Shown piece after piece: positions 53,108 through 64,000 of a stretch of DNA of 64,000 bases. Position numbers and translations under genes: made by a program. Below the pieces are notes generated by a model that saw only the letters and a program-made list of their open reading frames with translations, ran no database searches and was not told the DNA's origin. Each line of letters begins with the position of its first letter. Position 1 is the stretch's first letter. The DNA is from Octopus sinensis (Eukaryota): NCBI RefSeq assembly GCF_006345805.1, contig NC_042998.1, positions 167,028,001 to 167,092,000 on the forward strand, given 5' to 3'.

Positions 53108-53271
53108 AGGCGCAGGAGTGGCTGTGTGGTAAGTAGCTTGCTTACCAACTACATGGTTCCAGGTTCAGTCCCACTGCGTGGCACTTTGGGCATTTGTCTT
53201 CTACTATAGCTTCGGGCCGACTAAAGCCTTGTGAGCGGATTTGGTTGACGGAAACTGAAAGAAGCCTCTCG

Positions 53272-53340
<69 letters not shown>

Positions 53341-53580
53341 TATATATATATAGGGGGGGGGGCGCGCGCGTGTGTGTGTGTTTTTGCCCCCCACCCAACA
53401 TCCCTTGACAACCGATGCTGGTGTGTTTACGTCTCTCAGCGGTTCGGCAAAAGAGACCGATAGAATAAGTACTAGACTTACAAAGAATAAGTTCTGGGAT
53501 CGATTTGTTCGACTAAAGGCAGTGCTTCAGCATGCCCGCAGTCAAATGACTGAAACAAGTAAAAGAGTAAAAGAGTAAAG
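53108..53580 (+). mobile_element. SINE family B, full length
   Basis: ggcgcaggagtggctgtgtgg head to aaagagtaaa tail. Confidence 0.9.
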
Positions 53581-53605
53581 AGTTTCTTCCAACGACCTTC
53601 TACAG

Positions 53606-53916
53606 CAATGGTTCTCAACCATTATTCATTATAGAGCGCTTTGATTTTGGTGAAACTCTATAGCCCATGGCCATTCGATGTTTAAAAACAAGTTTTATAA
53701 ATACTTTTCAAAATTCCTATTTCGATATGCAGATATCAACTTGAGTGGGTTGAACTATGTAGAACGTTAAGAACTTTAAGAACTATGTAGAACGTTAAGA
53801 AAGAAACTTAGCTGTTTCTTGAAATAGACATATTTAAATCAAAGCATAGACACTTAAAATACCACTGTGGATCCCCAATTTAAGGGGTCGTATGGACCCT
53901 GGTTCAGAACCACTTG
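53606..53916. mobile_element. hAT-type MITE
   Basis: TIRs caatggttctcaacc / ggttcagaaccacttg with 8-bp TSD ttctacag at 53598-53605 and 53917-53924. Confidence 0.85.
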
Positions 53917-54044
53917 TTCTACAGTGCCAATCTGCCCAATTTCTTACAAATCTTGGAATCAAATGTGGTTTCTGGTAAATAAAAGAAGCAAATGCAAGAT
54001 GTTACTTTGATGAACGAACTTGCGACTCCAAAACCTCGAATAGA

Positions 54045-54605
54045 CGTGCCTGTGAGGTAAGAAGCTCACTTCCCAACCACATGATTTCAGGTTCAGTCCA
54101 ATTGTGTGATACCCCGGGCGAATGCCTGCTACAACAGCCTCGGCCCGACCAGAGCTTTGTAAGAGGATTTGGATGACAGAAACTGAAAGAAGGCGGCGAG
54201 CTGGCAGAAACGTTAGCACGCCGGGCGAAATGCTTAGCGGTATTTCGTCTGCCCGGTACGTTGTGAGTTCAAATTCCGCCGAGGTCGACTTTGCCTTTCA
54301 TCCTTTCGGGGTCGATAAATTAAGTACCAGTTACGCACTGGAGGTCGATGTAATCGACTTAATCCGTTTGTCCTTGTTTGTCCCCTCTATGTTTAGCCCC
54401 TTGTGGGAAATAAAGAAACAGGTATTTCGTCTGCCGCTATGTTCTGAGTTCAAATTCCGCCGAGGTCGACTTTCCCTTTCATCCTTTCGTGGTCGATTAA
54501 ATAAGGACCAGTAACGCACTGGGGTCGATGTAATCGACTTAATCCTTTTGTCTGTCGTTGTTTGTCCTCTCTCTGCTTTGCCCCTTGTAGGCAGTAAAGA
54601 AATAA
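54045..54605 (+). mobile_element. SINE B 5' half followed by two SINE A copies
   Basis: B head 54045-54190; A copies 54192-54420 and 54421-54605. Confidence 0.85.
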
Positions 54606-55064
54606 GAAACTGAAAGAACCCTCTTGTTTATATGTGTGTGTGGGTGCGTGCGTGTGTGCGTGCGTGTGTGTGTGTGTATGTGTGTGTGTGTGTGTGTGAC
54701 TGTGTGTCATATTAATCACAACTGGGACGAAATTAATTCCCAATCGTGTACATTTATGGAAGTACAGAATATCCTAGATCTTTTTATTTGTTTCAAGCAT
54801 AGGACTTGTTGCATTACTAGGGCACCACTTTCAAAGGTTTAGTCTTAATAATTGCCCCCCCCCCCACTGCATATATATTTTTAAAGCAAAGTACTTATTC
54901 TGTCGGTCTCTGTTGCCGAACTGACAACACTGAGGATGGAGGAGATAGAAACAGAAACACAGACACTTACACGTATGTATGTGTATGTATATATATATAT
55001 GTATATATGTGTATGCATATATATATATACGTGTGTGTGTGCGTGTTTGCATGTGTGAGTGTGT

Positions 55065-55262
55065 GTGAGACCAACCAGTGTAAAATTAATTGCAGAACTT
55101 GAGGCAATCCAACAAAGCTACAGGAGGAAGATAAACTACTGGGAAAGGCTCAAGCGCCTGAGGCTATTCCGTGGAGCGAAGACGGGAGAGATATGCCGTA
55201 ATATACATCTGAGAGATCCAGGGGCGACTAGTCCCAAACTTTGGCAGGAGAGAATAGTCTAA
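55065..55262 (+). mobile_element. CR1/L2-like LINE 3' ORF2 fragment
   Basis: ELEAIQQSY..NYWERLKRLRL motif. Confidence 0.6.
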
Positions 55263-55279
55263 AAATGACAGGGACACAG

Positions 55280-56020
55280 TGAAGTGAGCGGCGTGCGTAC
55301 ACTTTGGTCTCTTATATGTAAGTATACATTTTTCTAAATCTTGTACGACTCTGTTTCTGTCTATCAGCCCTTTCACGTTTATTCGTTCATTCCACTCCCC
55401 CTCACATTTCTTTGCCTTCTCTTCTTTCCCTCCATTTTTCACTTCACTGTGTCCTTGTCATTTTTTCTCGCCCTTCCTTGATACTTCTGTCCCTCTGCTT
55501 CTACTTCTCTCTCTTCTCTTCCCACATGACCGCTTCAGCCAAGCCTGTTCTTTCTTTCTTGGTTTGACGTTGTCCGTGCAACATCGATATTCTTCCCTGT
55601 GTTTGTGAAATATTTGTATCTCTGCCGTAAGCCTTCATTTCGTCCTTAATCGAAAGACACCTGTTGTTATGTCCTGGTTGTATTTTTTTTATTGTATTTG
55701 TGTAACATTGTCCGTTTTTTTCTGTCCTTGTTCTTGTATACATTCGCTGCTTTCTTCCAAGGAATCTAATACTCTTAGTTTTTCCTTGGGGCTGGCCAGA
55801 TTGGAGCAATCTCAAGTATAATCAGCTGAAATTACGAAGATAAACTGGTACTTGACTGAGGAAAGAAAACTTCGAATGACTCGTCCTTGTTTTCTTTGTA
55901 TCATATATCTGGATGTTTTATTGTCCCATTTTTGCATCAAATAACTGGCCGGATGTTTTGCGTTCTTGTTCCATTTTGTATTATATATATATATATACAT
56001 ATATAGCGGCATAGTACACT
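55280..56020 (+). mobile_element. PLE pseudo-LTR-like non-coding repeat
   Basis: Homologous to 3155-3615; gtacactttggt repeated at both ends; ends in (TA)n. Confidence 0.45.
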
Positions 56021-56052
56021 TTGGTGTCATATATATATACATATATACATAT

Positions 56053-56115
<63 letters not shown>

Positions 56116-56119
56116 CATG

Positions 56120-56150
<31 letters not shown>

Positions 56151-56202
56151 TATGTATGTATGTATGTATGTATGTATGTATGTATGTATGTATGTATGTA
56201 TG

Positions 56203-56233
<31 letters not shown>

Positions 56234-56439
56234 TTGAAATTTATAGAAAAACAGAAGACAAACACAGTAGGGAAAAATGGAAAAATCTTTTACGTTTCGA
56301 GCCTACGCTCTTCAACAGAAAGGAATAATAGAAAATAAACAGAGAGAGAATGAAAAAAATTGTAGATTTCTGCGGTCCAGCATATACATTTATATACTAT
56401 TGTTTAAAACAGGTTCTAATCTCGAATGAGCTGAGCTTT

Positions 56440-56740
56440 TATATGAAGCCAACGCCGAAGGCTCCAGTTGATCCGATCAACAGAACAGCCTGCTCGTGAA
56501 ATTAACATGCCAGTGGCTGAGCATTTCGCAGACATATGTACCCTTAACATAGTTCTCAAGGAGATTCAATGTGACACAGAATGTGATAAGGCTGACTCTT
56601 TGAAATACAGATACTACTCATTTTTGCCAGCTGAGTGGACTGGGGTAACGTGAAATAAAGTGTCTTGCTCAAGGGTACAACGCGTCGTCGGGAATTGGAC
56701 ACATGACCTAATGATCGCGCGCCGAATACCCTAACACGCA
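56440..56740 (-). mobile_element. SINE (family C-related)
   Basis: gatccgatcaacagaacagcctgctcgtgaaattaac tail and aaagtgtcttgctcaagg central domain. Confidence 0.7.
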
Positions 56741-57705
56741 CAGTAATATACAGACTATATTTGTTTAATGCACTTTATTATAGTACAGATGGCACTGTTA
56801 TTTATCCCCTATCTAAACAGGCACCCCTCTGATCAAAAATTGTAGCAGCTTCATCCACAACCACTCTACGTCATTCTTTTTGTCCTTTACTAAGACAGCA
56901 GCGTATGATTTACGTGAATGTTGACTTCGAGCAGGTCATTCGACCACGTTAATGCTCCTTCGTTGCCTCGTATTGTAATAATTGATTAAGTGTGCTGTTA
57001 TCGTATATGTGATATGCGAATCTGCTTTTGCATGATGTATGAGTATTTCTATATATGTGTGTCTGTATGCATGGAAAGAGAGACAGGAAAGCAGACGGGC
57101 AGGGCGACACTCAGATGAATGTGTTAGATAAGATAAGATTTCAGGCTCCGTCTGACAAGCCACTGAGCGCTATTGGCTAGTGTCAACTCAAGTTCAATGA
57201 CCTCGGTTTTAATTAAGGTATTACATCACCATTTAGAAACATGCCTGTCAACTCGATCGAGTTTGCACAGCAGTGGTTGTCTGAAGCATGATAAAAAATT
57301 TTTTCGGTTTGTCAATATGACAGAAGGGCACGGAAAATAAATTTAAATTATGATTTAAACCTTGGTCACTGATGCATTATGTTTGATATATGCATGTTTG
57401 TGTGTGTACGTGGGAGGGGGTGTTTTTGTGTGTGTGTGTGCGTGTGTGCCGCTAAACATGTCATCCGGCTGTGTCTGGTGAGAGTCATTCTCTTTTTGTG
57501 CCTTATAATTTAACTCTCTCACCGGTAAAATTTCCACTTATTTCTTATATTTATTTCCCTAAAATCTTCGTTGCGTCTTGCAACCTTTTCAATACTCCAC
57601 TCCATTAAAACATGCATCAAATCCAAAAACGAAATATTTCATACGGCGTTTTAATGATTCTGCCAGCTCACCACCTGATGTATTGACAATAATATAGGGT
57701 GTTGT

Positions 57706-57965
57706 GGAGGCGCAATGGCCCAGTGGTTAGGGCAGCGGACTCGCGGTCGGAGGATCGCGGTTTCGATCGGGCGTTGTGTGTGTTTATTGAGCGACGTCCC
57801 CTGAGTGACGTCCCCTGTTGTACTCTTTTGCCCCAACTTTCTCTCACTGTTTCTTAAGTAACGCTGCGATGGACTGGCGTCCCGTCCAGCTGGTGGGGAA
57901 CACATACGCTACAAAAACCGGGAAACCGGGCCCATGAGCCTGGCTAGGCTTGAAAAAGGGCGCAT
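57706..57965 (+). mobile_element. SINE family C, internally deleted
   Basis: ggaggcgcaatggcccagtggttagggcagcggactc head. Confidence 0.85.
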
Positions 57966-58899
57966 AAATAATAATAAATATAGGGTGTTACAAATAGACA
58001 TTTTGGATATGTACTCGAAATGATGCGTCATATTACCTTGTTGTTTAAGCCCCACCGTCGGTTGTACTATCTTACTGTACTATCCTAGGGTAATGTATTC
58101 TGGTAGAGACCAGCAGTCGATTATATCGACCATAGCATTTAAATGATCCTTTATTTTTCGACTCCAAGAAGGTTAAAAATCAAGTTTGATGTCAAAGAGA
58201 TTTGAACTCAAAGCTTGAAACATCGGAGCAAAGATCGCGAGCCAATTTGCCCGACGACCTTGAAATTTTATTATTACAACAAGGTCTTTTTATATCACTG
58301 GATTAGAGGTCAAATGATTGCAACAACATGCTTTTTTATGGGGTAGAAGCAATTATTTCTTGTTGAAAGTGAAGCACAATTTGAATGATAAAATCGAATT
58401 GAACTTCTATATTCTGTTGAGTGTATTTTCTGTTGAAAGTATTTACTTTCTTTTTCTTTTTGTTTTTTGATGACTGATTTTGGAGAAAGAGCCAGTACAC
58501 AAGACATTCGAGATAACTGAGCTTAATGCCAAAAAGTTCTATTTAAAAAGTTGCAAGTAAAAATCTCGCATGAAACGCATAAGAATATAGGACTTTACAG
58601 GCAACCGATGTTGTGAGGAGGAAGGGATAGCCATAGGAACTGGCCATAGGCATTAGTGCAGGACCACCTGAAGGAGGGTGCACACAATAAGAGTTGGTCA
58701 GGGGTGTGTGAAAGGAGGAGTTAAAAGACCAGCCAGAAGACTAGAGACCCTTATAGTAGCAATAGAAAAAAAAACAGAGAGAAGAAACTTTGCATATGTG
58801 GGGCACAGTTGGAACGTGTCTTTCGAGTAATTTAATGTTAATTAGTCTAGTAGTCCTTCTCACGATGGAGTCTAAGGTGTATGTGTGCGTAGCAGCAGG

Positions 58900-60060
58900 A
58901 CCTTCTCAGATGTCATAGCAGCAGAACCTTCTCATATGTCGAGGCAACAGTCCATTGTGGACCTCTCTTGAACTTTATATAGTGTCAGAAATTGATGGAT
59001 GCTGAAATATATTCTGCTTCTAAAGAGTTTTAGAGATGTGTTCCTGACTATACTAAGAATATGCTTTCACCAGACGAGATCCTTCTTTAGTGATAGTGAA
59101 GCCCACATTTTGGGTGGCTGTGAAGTGTCCAGCTGAGCGTCAGCATAAAATAAACTGTAAACATTATCAGAAGTTATCCAGCTTTCCTCTTCATGCATGT
59201 ATTTATTAACGTATTTCACCGTTAGCATATAACAACATTATCACCCCCACAGAGCCACATACAGCTATTATTTCGATTAATGATTATTGTATCATACTTC
59301 TAAGATTCCTGCCAAATCGAAATTATTTCCTGGACTTCCTAGCAGTACTAATAGATATTAGATGTTAGATATTTTCTTTACTGTTCAGGATATTGGAAAA
59401 AATTTATGCTCGCTCGACAGCTCTAAGACCACAGAGCCAGACAAAATTCAATACTATTCCGCGAGGTTACTAATTCACTATCTACAACTTATATTTGATT
59501 ATTCTGCTAATTATTTAATCAAGATCTAATCCTTGCCGAATAGAGGCCCGTCGTTTGTGTGGCAATCAACAAAATAAAATGTATCAAAATAATGTAATAA
59601 TTTTAATGTTGATAGCTTTAGACCTTTCTCAATTACCTCAGACTACTAGTGCGTTTAGTCAATGATAAAAGGTTAGATTTCTTACGCTCTAATAATCTGA
59701 TTTATTCTGCTCAATTTGAATTACAACCTCACCACGCAACAAAAGAGCAATTCAGCTTATCTATTCACCAAATTGTTGTCTGAACTTGTAAATTAAAAAC
59801 CTCTAACTTCGCAATTTATGTTGATTTGGTTTCAGTTTTTGATGCTCTACGCTATTATTAGCTATCATGCAAACTTCATTGCTTGAGGGAAACCATAATA
59901 GTCTTTTCAAAATAATTTAGTATCTTTATTCCCGGAGAGCGTCAGTAATAACTTCTCTGATTTACGTGCCGTTACAGCTCGTATTCCCCAGAGCAACATT
60001 GTTGCCTTAACCTTATTTCATTTAATTATTTAGGTCAAGACTGATTCATATTGGCCCTTA
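58900..60060 (+). mobile_element. Degenerate CR1/Jockey-like LINE (APE and RT remnants)
   Basis: LSPDEILL (APE-like), then vDl.svFD and vTA.iPQ.. (GVPQGS-like) remnants. Confidence 0.45.
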
Positions 60061-60309
60061 TTCATTAGTTTCTTCTAACACTTAATGAAATGGCTAAATC
60101 TATGCTGATGTCTCGGTTTATGCAATCACACGGCGTCAATATCATTATTAATAATGAATTGCAGATTGGGCAAAACATACAGATTGTTCGGGTTAAATCT
60201 GACGAATGTATGTTGTCTTTCTTTTCAGGAAGAGCTTGCTGTATTGGTAAACAATCAACAGCGTTGGAGAGCATAAAGATTAAAGTTGTAGTTGAGAAAT
60301 ATTTAGCTG

Positions 60310-60690
60310 ACATGGAAGACTGGAAGCCATCAGAATATTGGAGAAGAGATACCTGCATCATGATGATTTGCGCCGGGTATCAAAATGCTGACATCTTGAC
60401 TGCTGCACGGTGCTCTGTGAACGCTGAAAATGTTGTAATGTTTGACATTGTCAGGGACACAGCAGGTGTTCTAACTGGATCCACCCACCCCCACTTCTTT
60501 GGACAGGGCCTTGGATAAATTCAGACGTCTATGTGAAACAGCTGGAGACTGTGGTCAAATTGTGGCTGAAAAATGTTACGGTTGGCTGTTCATATTTGTC
60601 ACAGTAGGATTCGGCTTCTTGCCATACCCCGGAAAGATTACAGGCAAGTTCACCGTCATCAATTCGCCGTGGAGAAAGTTCGCTGTGAAG
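60310..60690 (+). mobile_element. Internally deleted Tc1/mariner (DD37D-like) relic
   Basis: VVMFDIV..THPHFFGQGL and QxDSA..HT remnants. Confidence 0.5.
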
Positions 60691-60745
60691 ACAGTTCAAC
60701 GCAAGGAAAGTTTCGCGAGAAAATATCGCCATATTATCGTTTGTT

Positions 60746-60853
<108 letters not shown>

Positions 60854-60939
60854 GCGAGATAGAGAGAGAGAGAGATAGAAAGATAGATAGGTATGTAAAG
60901 GTAAGGTACAAGGATCAAAGTGTAGGAAGTTAGTGAGCT

Positions 60940-62381
<1,442 letters not shown>

Positions 62382-62877
62382 AGTGACTCCAGGTCATCAG
62401 CGTCACTCGAGCTCAACATAGATTTCGCATAAGACACTCGAAGAATTTCACGTTTTTTTCGCTTTATTTCTAGCCCCAAATGGCTTATTTATATATCTAC
62501 CACTATGTCTTTCTCCATATCTAAGTTAAGGGTAGAAATAAAACAACCTTGCAAAACACAACTGATCTTTACACAGGGTTAGAATAACGGCAATCAAATA
62601 ACAATAGCGGAGTGCACAACAAACATCAGTGATCTGACTGTTACCTGTACTCCTGGCAAGAGATGCCAGTTAGTCTTTTATACCAACCAGGCTTGTCCGT
62701 ATTATCCCGAGTAGCTGGGTAATTTATAGATAACAATTCGGGCTGTAAATTCTGAGCCCGAATCAGGCGCGTGTGAGAACGTCCGCTACGAATGATAGTT
62801 TTTGGCTCAATTTATACTCGGGCTAAGCTCTAACAGCCCGAGTGCCGGTGTCGCCACTGATACACACACACACACAA

Positions 62878-62911
<34 letters not shown>

Positions 62912-62917
62912 TATATA

Positions 62918-62953
<36 letters not shown>

Positions 62954-63094
62954 TATAAGATATAGTATATATATGATGTGTGTGTGTGTGTGTGTGGTGT
63001 GTTGTTTGTGGTGTGTTATGTGGTGGTTTGTGTGGTGTGTGTGTGGTGTGTGTGTGGAAAATTTTGTGTGTGGGTATGTTTGTGGAGTTATTAG

Positions 63095-63260
63095 CTAACT
63101 ACTCCTACACCGTTTTATCGATTTTGATGAAACGTGACTCGTGAGTAGAACACATGTCTGGAAACCTCATGACATACACAGGTTGTTGAAAAGTCGATAA
63201 TAGGCCCCCTGGAAGGGATCCTTATATATAGCTAAGGGAAATAACCCATCCATTTTCCTA
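63095..63260 (+). mobile_element. Helitron-like non-autonomous 5' fragment
   Basis: actactcctacaccgttttatcgattttgatgaaac resembles the 19287 element start. Confidence 0.4.
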
Positions 63261-64000
63261 AATTATTTGGTATAAATCAATTTGAGTTTGCTTATTTCTT
63301 AGTATTTGAACTGTTTGAGTTATTTTCGCAATTTATCCAGTACAAGCCTTGAACAAGTAAATAATATTTTCCTAAGAAATTTGATCCATGTATTTAGGTT
63401 AGTGATTTATTCACGAATGCATTAACACTAGCGCCGTGAGGGTAATATTCCCTGGGAACTCACAAAAGCCTTTTTCAGAGTTATTTACTTTGAATTGTTA
63501 TTATCTCATATCTGATTAGCCTGTTATTACGTAATATGCTTCACGGCGACGGCGGTAATGTGATGGCGGTGGGGGCGGTTTATGTTGTTGTTGTTGTTGA
63601 TGTTCTTGTTGCTCCTCTTTTGTTTCGTTGAGCTATAGTATGCAGTTGACTGAGTAAGTATTCCATGCGTTGAAAATTGAGGTTTCACTCTACCGCCACA
63701 CTTCTTTGAACATATTAATAAACTCTATTGTATGCTTTGAGTCATCATTTTGAACATCCGAACGAATATCTGTTTATCACTATATTTCTGTGGAGGGGGT
63801 TGTGCTGGTACTGAGAAGCAGCAAAAACGCTGAAATACGTACCTGTTGCTCTCGCGGTAACTTCTGAGTTTCTTGGGCGAATACGTATATAAAAGGATTT
63901 TTTTCATGGAGGGAAACCGTAGCTTCTGTCTTTTCATCAATACATATACATCAAATATGTTATATTGGTAACGTTTTTACTCTATACTCTTATGAACGAT

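Noticed and set aside
55848-55890. CTGAGGA...CGAA motif (also 3277-3320 on the minus strand)
   Set aside because: Lacks GAAA with the A15.1-U16.1 pair and has no stem I in either copy.
63840-63940. Minus-strand CAG|GTACGT splice donor with a short upstream ORF
   Set aside because: No clear acceptor or recognisable peptide; a single donor-like motif is insufficient.

Overview
Repeat-saturated, AT-rich eukaryotic DNA that looks like an octopus (coleoid cephalopod) intergenic or intronic region, judged from its tRNA-derived SINE families and dense microsatellites. I found no host protein-coding exon I can support, and most ORF-track entries are microsatellite translations. The protein-like sequence present comes from transposons: a Penelope-like (PLE) RT, an R4/Dong RLE LINE in (ATT)n, three RTE LINE pieces (one ending in three C2H2 fingers, one with a PHD finger inside RT), CR1/L2- and L1/Tx1-like relics, Tc1/mariner relics, MITEs and Helitron-like elements. 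The most notable signal is non-coding: at least four distinct sequence families of minimal type I hammerhead ribozymes (HHRs). They have a CUGANGA/GAAA core, palindromic stem III and a shared unusual U.U pair at 10.1-11.1, and most sit in or next to (TA)n tracts in tandem or fold-back arrangements. They include a ~540-bp, HHR-per-unit tandem array with an inverted terminal copy at 49.3-52.0 kb, which resembles a retrozyme or PLE pseudo-LTR array. Structures were folded by eye and no activity was tested. Some duplications may be assembly artefacts. TE boundaries are approximate unless junction sequences are quoted.
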